Shown in pieces: positions 27,618 through 36,324 of a DNA stretch of 64,000 bases. Positions within the stretch are counted from its first letter, which is position 1. Each line of letters opens with the position of its first letter. Origin of the DNA: Chthoniobacterales bacterium. Its GTDB lineage: Bacteria > Verrucomicrobiota > Verrucomicrobiia > Chthoniobacterales > UBA6821. The translations under genes and the position numbers were made by a program. The notes beneath the pieces were generated by a model. It was not told where the DNA came from, searched no databases, and saw nothing but the letters and a program-made list of their open reading frames with translations. Where the stretch lies: assembly GCA_049314455.1 (NCBI GenBank), contig JBMOFC010000007.1:631-64630 (forward strand), written 5' to 3'.

Positions 27618-29456
27618 TCAAGAAAATTGCTTCAGTGAAAAAGCCAGCACGAGGAACATCCAGATGAGTTCGTCTAAGCGTTGGTCGTTACGGGCTAGAT
27701 CAATCAATGTCGTGAGTCGTGTTGCAGAGAGTTGACCGTTTGTTAGGGAGGCGAGGGTGCTGGGAAGTTCTTCATAGATAGAAGTGAGTGATGAATGGTG
27801 GAGCCAGGCCCGCAACGGTGGATTAAAGCCACGCTTCGGTCCGAGTAATGCTTCGGGACCGATTTGTTGTTGCAGAAATTTTTTAGTAGGTCTTGTGAAG
27901 CGTTCGCTCGCTGGCATTCCTTGTACTGCTTCAAAAAAACGATGGTCTAGCATCGGGCTACGAAGCTCGAGTCCATGAGCCATACCACAGAGATCCGATT
28001 TTCTTAAAATGTATTCCGGAAGATAATTGAGTCGATCGCACTCCAGCATCCATGCTTGTGGAGAAAGAGAGTCCTCAGGGCGTCGCCAATAACTCGTCTG
28101 TACGGAAAAATCAGGTTGTAAAAAAGCACGTGAGAGCGGATCGAGTGCAGAAAATCGAAGAGCGTAGGCCTCTTCCCAGCCAAGTTGGTAGCCCAGTAAT
28201 GCTCGTCGCAAGCGCCCCCCACGCGTTGTTTTCAGGCATAACGCACGTGAGCTCCACTTTTTCTGAAGACCATGACGGGGAAGAAATGAAGCTCCACGTG
28301 TGTGCACCTGGTAACGTTTGTATCCTGCAAAGATTTCATCACCGCCATCACCAGTAAGTGCCACGACGATTTTTTGTACGGCTGCTTGGCAGAGATACCA
28401 GGTTGGAATAGCAGAAGGATCGGCAAAGGGTTCATCCAGGTCCTGAACAATAGTAGCCACATCTTCCACCTGCATCGTAATGGGTAAGGAAGTGTGCGGG
28501 AGTCCCAGACGTTGCGCAATTTCTTCAGCAGCCTGCGATTCATCAAAAGAATGATGATTCGGAAAAGAAGCTGTGAAGGTGGGAAGTTCTGGCAACATTT
28601 TTTCATGGGCCATGATGGAGGCAATCGCTTGAGAATCGATTCCACCACTGAGGAAGAGCCCTAACGGTCGATCTGAAACAAGACGCAGGCTTATTGATTC
28701 CTCTAGGAGAGCAGCAGGATCGGCTTCAGTCGTAGGACGTGGTTTCCAATATTCGTGTGGCTCTGTGGCTCTAGGCACTCCTTCTTCGAGCGAAACAACC
28801 AGTGAGTGGGCAGCCGGAAGCTTGTAACAATCCTTTAGGATCGATAGTGGAGCAGGAATGTAGCGATGTGTTAAAAAAGCATCGATGGCGGTTGGATTCA
28901 AACGAGGCGTTGTTCCAAGAAGTTTTGAGAGAGCTCCTGCCGTGCTAGCAAAAGCAAAATGTCCCTGATGAAACGTATAAAAAAGTGGCTTTTCTCCAAG
29001 CCGATCCCGCGCTAGGAAAAGACGACGTTGGCGCAGATCCAAGATGCAAAAAGCAAACATACCGCGAAGATGCTCTAGAATTGCATCTCCCCATTCTTCG
29101 TAACCATGCAAAATAAATTCCGTGTCCGTGTGACTTTTAAAACGATGTCCTCGTTCGCGTAAGTTTCTGGCTTCTTCCTCCCATCCATAAATTTCACCAT
29201 TATAGATGATCCAGAGAGAATCATCTTCGCTACTCATTGGTTGGGCTCCAGCAATTGAAAGATCTCGGATGCTAAGGCGTGTTTGAATCAAAGCAGCAGG
29301 GCCCACTGCAGCTTGATGCCATCCCTGTTTTGTAGAAAAAGAAAAAGAGTGAACTCCCCATCCATCGGGTCCACGTGAACGCAGTGATGCGCGTGCTCCT
29401 TCGATTTGATCAGGAGTAATCGATTGATCAGAAATGATGCCAGCAATGCCACACAT
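27618..29456 (-). CDS. asnB: Asparagine synthase (glutamine-hydrolysing) family amidotransferase
   Basis: N-terminal MCGIAGI nucleophile and the PP-loop LFLSGGIDSQ; 612 aa. Confidence 0.88.
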   Translation of the reverse strand: MCGIAGIISDQSITPDQIEGARASLRSRGPDGWGVHSFSFSTKQGWHQAAVGPAALIQTRLSIRDLSIAGAQPMSSEDDSLWIIYNGEIYGWEEEARNLRERGHRFKSHTDTEFILHGYEEWGDAILEHLRGMFAFCILDLRQRRLFLARDRLGEKPLFYTFHQGHFAFASTAGALSKLLGTTPRLNPTAIDAFLTHRYIPAPLSILKDCYKLPAAHSLVVSLEEGVPRATEPHEYWKPRPTTEADPAALLEESISLRLVSDRPLGLFLSGGIDSQAIASIMAHEKMLPELPTFTASFPNHHSFDESQAAEEIAQRLGLPHTSLPITMQVEDVATIVQDLDEPFADPSAIPTWYLCQAAVQKIVVALTGDGGDEIFAGYKRYQVHTRGASFLPRHGLQKKWSSRALCLKTTRGGRLRRALLGYQLGWEEAYALRFSALDPLSRAFLQPDFSVQTSYWRRPEDSLSPQAWMLECDRLNYLPEYILRKSDLCGMAHGLELRSPMLDHRFFEAVQGMPASERFTRPTKKFLQQQIGPEALLGPKRGFNPPLRAWLHHSSLTSIYEELPSTLASLTNGQLSATRLTTLIDLARNDQRLDELIWMFLVLAFSLKQFS

Positions 29457-29464
29457 GGGGAAAC

Positions 29465-29672
29465 AGGCTATAGGCTTGAGGCTGGAGGCTGGAGGCTGGG
29501 GAAGAGAAATAAAAAAAACATAACAACTGATGCAGAATCGTGACTACTAACGTTCCGTTGATAGCGAGAAGAAAGGGATTACGTGAAATCGTAAATAGAA
29601 GATTCAAAAAAGTGTATCTTTGTTTTCAAGTAATTTTAGTCTTTAGCCTCCAGCCTCCAGCCTCTAGCCTAT
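29465..29672. repeat. Inverted repeat with GGCTGGAGG-type arms filling the asnB/queD divergent region
   Basis: ATAGGCTTGAGGCTGGAGGCTGGAGGCT (29470-29498) pairs with TAGCCTCCAGCCTCCAGCCTCTAGCCTAT (29644-29672), about 27 of 29 complementary. The arms end 9 nt from the asnB ATG and 8 nt from the queD ATG. Confidence 0.85.
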
Positions 29673-29679
29673 CTGCACC

Positions 29680-30042
29680 ATGCACGCCTGTCTCACTAAG
29701 TCATTCACCTTTGAAGCCGCACAAACCATTCCGCATCTTGATGCAAGTCACAAATGCACTCGGATGCATGGGCATAGTTTTAAAATTGAAATTTCTGTTC
29801 AAGGGGAAGTCGATCCGCACATAGGCTGGGTCTACGATCACGCTAATATCACGAAAGCGATGACCCCATTACTGGAATTAGTTGATCATTCTTATCTCAA
29901 CGATATCCCAGGTTTAGAAAATCCAACCGTCGAAAATATGTGCTCTTGGTTCTGGAACAAACTCACGCCTCACTTGCCAGGTCTTTTTGAAATCGTGCTC
30001 CATGAGACGCCGACGGCTAGGTGTAGTTATCGGGGCAACTAG
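29680..30042 (+). CDS. queD: 6-carboxy-5,6,7,8-tetrahydropterin synthase QueD
   Basis: 120 aa with CTRMHGHSF and HETPT motifs typical of QueD/PTPS. Confidence 0.88.
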   Translation: MHACLTKSFTFEAAQTIPHLDASHKCTRMHGHSFKIEISVQGEVDPHIGWVYDHANITKAMTPLLELVDHSYLNDIPGLENPTVENMCSWFWNKLTPHLPGLFEIVLHETPTARCSYRGN

Positions 30043-30057
30043 TAAGAGCCTATCAAA

Positions 30058-30166
30058 TGCTACCGCTGAGGCGCAGGACGGAGTATCTGTTCCTGTAAAC
30101 GGGTACAGGACGGCGTCACTGCGGTACTCGCGTCCTCGAGTATCTCTTATACACTGCGGGTTTGCG
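30058..30166. mobile_element. Partial repeat element related to the 47131 MITE family
   Basis: AAATGCTACCGCTGAGGCGCAGG...GTTCCTGTAAACGGG...CACTGCGGTACTCGCGTCCTCGAGTATCTCTTATACACTGCGGGT. It shares modules with 8864-9005, 47161-47240 and 59821-59880. Confidence 0.7.
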
Positions 30167-30167
30167 T

Positions 30168-31205
30168 TCAGTTGCGTTTCTTCATCTCAGCAATCTGATG
30201 ATCCCGCTGTTCGATGATTTGGGAGAGATCGGCTGCAAGCTTAAATTTCTCCATAACTGTTTTGTTCAGTTCAATAATCGTTTTGAGTTGTTCGGTGTTG
30301 GTTTGGTGAAGCTCTTGGTTTGTCTTCATTAAGTTGTGAACGCGGTGGTTGTTCTGTTCTTCCAGGACAAGTAGGGATTCTAAAGAAAAGAACTGTTCTT
30401 TCCATTTTTTAAAAGAGGGTTGTAGGTCTTCAAAGCTGATTCGATCAGTGGCAACGGCAAGGAGTTTTTCATAAATTTCCAAAGCAAAGGTATGGCAGAA
30501 ACTATGGTGGGGCGTATTCTCTTTGCTTCCGTGAAAATGACGTAACGAGGAGTCGATGAAATCGCAGCTATACGATTGGAGTACGTTAGGATCAAGAGGA
30601 AGTTCGAATGTCTTAGCAAGACGTTCCATCTGATACTTCGGATTTTTTAAAAGCTCGTCGTAATCGACGATATGTCGCTTCTCTCCTTGGGAATGTTCGA
30701 GGCAGCTCAGTAGGTAGGAGATCCAAATCCACAATGATTTCTCTCGATGCTGATTTTTAAATTGTTCTTGGCAGGCAGCCACATTTAAAGGATTTCTGAG
30801 TGCTATCACAAAAGAGACCTCCACTTCACGCTCCTGAAGAACTTTTTTCCAAAAAGGAAGCAAGAGTGAAAAACGAGGGTCTTTGATTCCAAAGAGAGGA
30901 TACTGCTTACTTTTTTTACATAATAATTCCGAAGCTTGTTCAAAATAACCTTTCTGACACAAGAGCATGGTCTCTTCCTCCGTCAGTGGTAGAATCCGCC
31001 GCAGACGATCGTCAAAAAAATCAAGCATTTCTAAATTAAGCTTATGAAAATCGGAATCTTCCCAATACCCTTTTTCGTTAAAAATATTGGGTGCAATGAG
31101 AGCATGTCCTAAGGAGGCTCCCATCGTTTCAAGACCTTTGGTGATAGCGCTTGTTCCACTGCGATGGACACCAATGACGATGATAACTCTATTTCTTTTC
31201 ATCAA
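30168..31205 (-). CDS. Sulfotransferase-family protein with C-terminal coiled coil (paralogue 1)
   Basis: 5'-PSB-like VIIVIGVHRSGTSAITKGL and 3'-PB-like IALRNPLNVAAC. The C-terminal ~80 aa show a heptad-like pattern (LVLEEQNNHRVHNLMKTNQELHQTNTEQLKTIIELNK...). Confidence 0.65.
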   Translation of the reverse strand: MMKRNRVIIVIGVHRSGTSAITKGLETMGASLGHALIAPNIFNEKGYWEDSDFHKLNLEMLDFFDDRLRRILPLTEEETMLLCQKGYFEQASELLCKKSKQYPLFGIKDPRFSLLLPFWKKVLQEREVEVSFVIALRNPLNVAACQEQFKNQHREKSLWIWISYLLSCLEHSQGEKRHIVDYDELLKNPKYQMERLAKTFELPLDPNVLQSYSCDFIDSSLRHFHGSKENTPHHSFCHTFALEIYEKLLAVATDRISFEDLQPSFKKWKEQFFSLESLLVLEEQNNHRVHNLMKTNQELHQTNTEQLKTIIELNKTVMEKFKLAADLSQIIEQRDHQIAEMKKRN

Positions 31206-31230
31206 TTTGAATCAGTAATCAGACGATACT

Positions 31231-32457
31231 CTAACTTATTTTTAACTCGAGGTGTTTTGCATCATGATCCTTTTGCTTTTGGAGCAGAGCATTGATTCGA
31301 ATCTCACGTTGATGGATCTCTTGGCAATAGTGAGCGATAGAATATGTTTTTTGGTTAATCTCCTTGTGAAGTTCGTGAATCGATGTGTCAAGTTGTTGAA
31401 TTGTGCTTTTCAGTTTGTGAATTGTGGCGTTGTTTTTTTCCGCTAAGACTAAAAGAGATTGAGCTTCTACATACTCTTTTTTCCATTGTTGGAGAGGTTG
31501 CTTCAATTTCTGAAAATCGATTTTATCATGGGCCACTCTGAGAAGATACGTGTACATCTCAGTTGCAAGGTTTTGATAAAAAGGAAGGGATACTGAGACC
31601 TCTTTTTTTTCATGAAAATGGCGCAGTGTGGGATCAACATAACGATGGCAATAAGATGCCAACAGGTCTTGATCTATGTTTAGCTTGAGTTTCTGAGCGA
31701 TCCTTTCCATCTGATGTTTTGGATCGTTGAGCAGCGTATCATAGTCTACCAAAAGACGCTGGTGCCCCTCGGAATGTTCGAGACAGCTTAAAAGGTGCGA
31801 TATCCAAATCCAAAACGATTTTTCCATATGCTGTTTTTGAGCGGCGGCGACACTCCAAGGGTTTCGTAAAGCGATGATAAAAGAAGCTTGGATGTTGCAT
31901 TGCTGAAACACTTTTTTCCAAAAAGGAAGTAAGATTGAAAAACGAGGATCTTTGATGCCGAGAGGCTGAGAGCCTGTTTTCAAAGTCGCTGCGACTGATG
32001 AGGGAGAAGGAGCCTCCGGCGCGCAGTCCCGGAGTGTACAAGAAGTGCTCGATGGAGCGATCCCCGTTTCCGCGAGGATGACGTTCGGCGCGACGCAGTC
32101 CATCGCAGTCGCAGTAGACTTTGAAAATAGGTTCTTATTTTTTGGAAATTTTTCGAGTAGCAACTGAGATGCTTTTGTGAGGAACCCCTCCTTGGATAGG
32201 ATCTCTACTTCTTCTTCGGTGAGGGGAATAATCTCTCGAAGATGAGCTCCAAAAAAAGAGAGTATTTCCAAATTCAGTGTGTGTAATTCTGGATCTTCCC
32301 AAAGAAGTCGTTGCTCAAAAGGATCTTGAAATGTCAGCGCAGGACCTAGTGAGATCCCCATGGTTTCAAGCCCTTTTGTTAAGACGCTTGTGCCACTGTG
32401 GGTGGTGCCAGTCACTAAGATAAGATGTTTATGACGCTTCATGTTTATCTTGCTCAC
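31231..32457 (-). CDS. Sulfotransferase-family protein with coiled coil (paralogue 2), carrying a ~50-aa repeat insertion in the catalytic domain
   Basis: LILVTGTTHSGTSVLTKGL and ALRNPWSVAAAQ. The insertion ...SKSTATAMDCVAPNVILAETGIAPSSTSCTLRDCAPEAPSPSSVAATLKTGS... is absent from the paralogues. A likely alternative start is MKRHKH at 32442. Confidence 0.65.
   Translation of the reverse strand: MSKINMKRHKHLILVTGTTHSGTSVLTKGLETMGISLGPALTFQDPFEQRLLWEDPELHTLNLEILSFFGAHLREIIPLTEEEVEILSKEGFLTKASQLLLEKFPKNKNLFSKSTATAMDCVAPNVILAETGIAPSSTSCTLRDCAPEAPSPSSVAATLKTGSQPLGIKDPRFSILLPFWKKVFQQCNIQASFIIALRNPWSVAAAQKQHMEKSFWIWISHLLSCLEHSEGHQRLLVDYDTLLNDPKHQMERIAQKLKLNIDQDLLASYCHRYVDPTLRHFHEKKEVSVSLPFYQNLATEMYTYLLRVAHDKIDFQKLKQPLQQWKKEYVEAQSLLVLAEKNNATIHKLKSTIQQLDTSIHELHKEINQKTYSIAHYCQEIHQREIRINALLQKQKDHDAKHLELKIS
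31978..32125 (-). mobile_element. ~148-bp MITE-like element, in frame within sulfotransferase paralogue 2
   Basis: Gene-sense ends are TTCAAAGTCTACTGCGACTG and CAGTCGCAGCGACTTTGAAAA (~20-nt terminal inverted repeat). The core is homologous to 15629-15776 and includes the GC hairpin. Confidence 0.8.
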
Positions 32458-33466
32458 GTTGTAGAAAAGCTAGTTGAAGATTGCGTTGATGTAGGATGTG
32501 ACAGAGACCAGCGATCGAATGCGAACTTTTATTTGTTGTCTTATTAAGCTGACTCACTGTTTTTCTACGCTCCATCATCATCTGTTCGAGTTGCTGAATC
32601 GTGAAGTTATTTTTTTCTGTTAAGACTAAAAGAGAAATAGCTTTTGAAAATTGTTGTTTCCACTTTTTTAAAGGGATGTGAGCAGCATGAAATGGCGTTT
32701 GTCCCTTTGCAATAGGAAGGAGCGTCTCATAAACTTCCATGACAAATTGCTGATGGAAGCTGCGCGTATGAGGAGATGAATTTTCTTTCCGAAAATGACA
32801 CAAAGAGGAATCAATAAAATTATGGCAATAGGTTTATAGTGCTTTGGGTTGAAGGGTGAGTTTAAAAGCCTCAGCGATCCGTTGCATTTGATGTTCCGGA
32901 TGTTTAAGAAGCTCGCTGTAATCTACTAAAATACGTTCATGCATCTCCAAATGTTCCAGGCAGCTCAAAAGATAGGAGATATACATCCAAAGAGAGAGCT
33001 CTTCATGTTCTGCGTGACAATGAGGTTTATGAGAAGCAGTAACGCTTGAGGGATCCCTTAAGGCGATGACACAGGAAAAACGAATATGACATTTCTGAAA
33101 AACTTTTTTCCAAAACGGGAGTAGCAGAGAGCACTTGGGATCTTTGAATCCAACAAGATTTGAAGTGGAGGTTTTTTCATGCAAGAGGTTGCAAGCTTGG
33201 CTAAAAAAACCTTGCTGTGATAACAACGAGATCTCTTCCTCCGTCACAAGAAGGATTAGTCGGAGGCGCTCCCCAAGAGTATCTAGTGCGCTATCGGTAA
33301 AGTTGTGAAATTCTAAATTTTCCCAATAATCTCTAAAAGGATTTGTTGGAGTGAATGAGTCACCCAAAAAAACTCCCATGGTTTCAAGCCCCTTTGTTAA
33401 AGCACTTGTCCCACTTCGATACATTCCAAGAATAAGAATGACGCGTTTGTTATTTTTCAGCATCAC
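32429..33466 (-). pseudogene. Sulfotransferase paralogue 3 interrupted by a single in-frame TAA
   Basis: ORFs 32834-33466 and 32429-32803 are in the same frame (1038 nt = 346 codons). They read ...LQPKAL*TYCHNFIDSSLCHF..., where paralogue 4 has ...LQPKALQTYCHDFIDTMLCHF (CAA to TAA). Confidence 0.8.
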
Positions 33467-33485
33467 GTTTTGCGTGCTCTTGCGT

Positions 33486-33742
33486 TAGCCCGGATATTTC
33501 ATGCTGATCTATTGTGAAAGCCGGGAAGCCTTATGGATGCTGCGTTGGGCTCATGTTTTGACTTGGGTAACACCAGTGCTCGGGAGAGCCTGGGGCAGAC
33601 TGCCTTGAGGCAGCCAGAAGGGCGAGCCGAGCAGGTGCGAGCGAGTCAATATGTGCGCTACAGTCCGGTGCCAAAGTGCTCGTCTGCTTTATCCCATCAG
33701 CCTTCGCAGCTTCCTCATCACGATCAGCATGAAATGTCTGAG
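33486..33742. mobile_element. ~257-bp MITE-like element supplying the C-terminal ~70 aa of sulfotransferase paralogue 4
   Basis: Terminal inverted repeats are TAGCCCGGATATTTCATGCTGATC (33486-33509) and GATCAGCATGAAATGTCTGAG (33722-33742). Its right part is homologous to 6230-6300. The paralogues end where the element begins. Confidence 0.7.
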
Positions 33743-34757
33743 ATAGAAAACCAAGTTGGATATTCCGTTGATGTAATGTTTGGCAAAGGTTAGCAATCGA
33801 GCGTGTATTTTTATTTTTTATTTTATTGAATTCAAAAAGAGTGTGTTGACGGTCGAGGATCGTTCTTTGCAGCTCTTCCATGGTGAAGTCATTTTTTTCT
33901 GCTAGGACTAAAAGAGAGGTAACTTTTGAAAATTGTTGTTTCCATTTTTTTAAAGGGATGTGAGCAGCATGAAATGTTGTTTGGCCCTTTGCGATGGGGA
34001 GAAGCGTCTCATAAATTTCCATGGCACATTGCTGGTAAGAATTATTTGTGGAGAAATATTTTTTCTCTTCCTGAAAATGGCAAAGCATAGTGTCGATAAA
34101 ATCATGACAGTAGGTCTGTAGTGCTTTGGGTTGAAGCGTGAGTTCAAAAGCCTCAGCGATCCGTTGCATTTGATATTCCGGATGTTTCAGAAGCTCGTTG
34201 TAATCCACTAAAATGCGGTTGTATCCCTGGGTCTGTTCCAGACAACTGATAAGGTACGATATCCAATTCCAAAAAAGCTTTTCCAGATGTTCTGTCCTGA
34301 AAAGTTTGTGACGATTCGTTGTGGAGGCAGCAACGCTCCAGGGATCTCTTAATGAGATGACAAAAGATGCTTGTAGGCCGCATGCAGTAAAAACTTTTTT
34401 CCAAAAAGGGAGAAAAAGTGAAAACCTAGGGTCCTTGATACCGAAAACGTTGGAAGAAGAAGTCTTTTTCAACAAGAGTTCTGAGGCTGTGGTTAAAAAA
34501 TTTTGCTGACACAACAACGTCACCTCTTCTTCCGTCAGCGCGAGTACAAGACGCCGCCGCCCTTCCAGCGCATACAAGAGGGTTGTATTGAATTCCTGAA
34601 TGTCTACATCTTCATAGTCGCCCTTTGGATTATAAGAATTCGCTGGAATGAAGGAATTGCCTAAGCAGATGCCCATCGTTTCAAGACCTTTCGTTAAAGC
34701 GCTTGTGCCACTTCTAGGAACTCCAAGAACGAGGATCACTCTTTTATGGTTTTCCAT
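33531..34757 (-). CDS. Sulfotransferase-family protein with coiled coil (paralogue 4) and repeat-derived C-terminal extension
   Basis: VILVLGVPRSGTSALTKGL and SLRDPWSVAAST. The tail ...HADRDEEAAKADGIKQTSTLAPDCS... is encoded by the element at 33486-33742. Confidence 0.65.
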   Translation of the reverse strand: MENHKRVILVLGVPRSGTSALTKGLETMGICLGNSFIPANSYNPKGDYEDVDIQEFNTTLLYALEGRRRLVLALTEEEVTLLCQQNFLTTASELLLKKTSSSNVFGIKDPRFSLFLPFWKKVFTACGLQASFVISLRDPWSVAASTTNRHKLFRTEHLEKLFWNWISYLISCLEQTQGYNRILVDYNELLKHPEYQMQRIAEAFELTLQPKALQTYCHDFIDTMLCHFQEEKKYFSTNNSYQQCAMEIYETLLPIAKGQTTFHAAHIPLKKWKQQFSKVTSLLVLAEKNDFTMEELQRTILDRQHTLFEFNKIKNKNTRSIANLCQTLHQRNIQLGFLSQTFHADRDEEAAKADGIKQTSTLAPDCSAHIDSLAPARLALLAASRQSAPGSPEHWCYPSQNMSPTQHP

Positions 34758-34761
34758 GAAA

Positions 34762-36207
34762 TCACGTCATCTTCGAGGGAATAACCCATTTATCGAATTC
34801 TTCACTGCTTAGAAATCCTAAGGAGAGTGCAGATTCTTTAAGTGTGATGTTTTCACGATGGGCTTTCTTGGCTATTTGAGCGGCTTTGTCGTAGCCAAGA
34901 TGTGGGTTGAGCGCCGTGACTAGCATGAGCGAATTATTGACATGCTCTTCAATTTTTTGTTGGTTGGCCTCGATGCCTTCAATGCAGTGCGTGGTAAAGG
35001 AACGACAGGCATCACTCAAGAGGCGTACAGAGTGCAGAAAATTATGAATGATGACAGGTTTAAAAACATTGAGTTCAAAATTTCCAAGAGAGGCAGCCAC
35101 ACCAATGGCAGTATCATTTCCCATGACTTGGATAGAGACCATGGTGACTGCCTCGCATTGTGTTGGATTCACTTTTCCGGGCATGATCGAAGAGCCAGGT
35201 TCATTTTCTGGGAGCTTTAATTCTCCGAGCCCACAACGAGGTCCTGAAGCGAGCCAACGAAGATCATTAGCTATTTTCATGAGTGAGGCTGCCAGCGATT
35301 TGAGAGCGCCGCTTGCAAAAACAAATTCCCCATGACTTGCCAATGCGGCAAATTTATTTTCAGCAGAGGTGAAATGGATCTTAGTAAATTCTGTTAAGTA
35401 GTGTGCAACGCGCTCGCCAAAGCCGATAGGAGCATTGAGGCCTGTGCCGACAGCAGTTCCTCCGATAGCAAGCGCTGATAATCCGTGGAGAGACGTTTGG
35501 ATCTGGGTGAGGTCAGCATCCAGCATCGCAACATAACCAGAAAATTCCTGACCTAATGTTAAAGGAGTGGCATCTTGCAAATGAGTGCGTCCAATTTTAA
35601 CAATACTAGAAAACGTTTCTGCTTTTTGCTGCAGTGCGGCACGCAATTTTTGAATCGTGGGTAACAAACGTTCATGAATCATCATCACCGCAGCCAAATT
35701 CATCGCGGTGGGGAAGGTGTCATTGGAGGATTGTGATTTGTTAACATCATCATTCGGATGAATCGGTGTTTTAGAGCCGAGGTGGCCACCTGCTAATTCA
35801 ATTGCACGATTGGCAATGACTTCATTAGCGTTCATATTGCTTTGCGTGCCACTTCCTGTTTGCCAGATGCGCAGTGGAAAGTGGTCATTCAATTTACCTG
35901 AAATCACCTCATCAGCAGCTTGCACAATGAGAGCCGTTTTTTCTGGAGATAATTGTTTGAAATCACAGTTAGCGTGAGCACACGCTTTCTTCAGAAGTCC
36001 AAGCGCCTTGATCAGTTCCGGTGGTTTGAGATCGTTGCCAATATTGAAATGAATCAACGATCGCGCTGTCTGAGCTCCATAGTAACGATGATGCGGCACC
36101 ATGATGCTCCCCATGCTGTCGGATTCTTCTCGATGTGTGGTAGAGGAGGTAGGCTCCTGTTTGTTGGGATGGGAAAGCATAGACTGTTCTAAAAAAGAGT
36201 GGTTCAA
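34762..36207 (-). CDS. fumC: Class II fumarate hydratase FumC
   Basis: [11 protein letters not shown] signature and YGAQTARS near the N-terminus. The true start may be the internal ATG at 36177. Confidence 0.93.
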   Translation of the reverse strand: MNHSFLEQSMLSHPNKQEPTSSTTHREESDSMGSIMVPHHRYYGAQTARSLIHFNIGNDLKPPELIKALGLLKKACAHANCDFKQLSPEKTALIVQAADEVISGKLNDHFPLRIWQTGSGTQSNMNANEVIANRAIELAGGHLGSKTPIHPNDDVNKSQSSNDTFPTAMNLAAVMMIHERLLPTIQKLRAALQQKAETFSSIVKIGRTHLQDATPLTLGQEFSGYVAMLDADLTQIQTSLHGLSALAIGGTAVGTGLNAPIGFGERVAHYLTEFTKIHFTSAENKFAALASHGEFVFASGALKSLAASLMKIANDLRWLASGPRCGLGELKLPENEPGSSIMPGKVNPTQCEAVTMVSIQVMGNDTAIGVAASLGNFELNVFKPVIIHNFLHSVRLLSDACRSFTTHCIEGIEANQQKIEEHVNNSLMLVTALNPHLGYDKAAQIAKKAHRENITLKESALSLGFLSSEEFDKWVIPSKMT

Positions 36208-36324
36208 CTATTGTAAAGCAATTCGTGACTACCAATGTCTTTGGTTACGTTGGTATTCACAATAATTTAAGCTGGAGTGTTATTCTATTTTCTATAGATT
36301 GAAGAGCAACCAACATTTCATGCT

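Noticed and set aside
32834-32836. In-frame TAA in sulfotransferase paralogue 3 as programmed readthrough or recoding
   Set aside because: TAA is the least leaky stop, and no downstream recoding structure is evident. The paralogue also overlaps the next gene's start and sits in an array showing other decay signs. Simple nonsense pseudogenisation (or a sequencing error) is more parsimonious.
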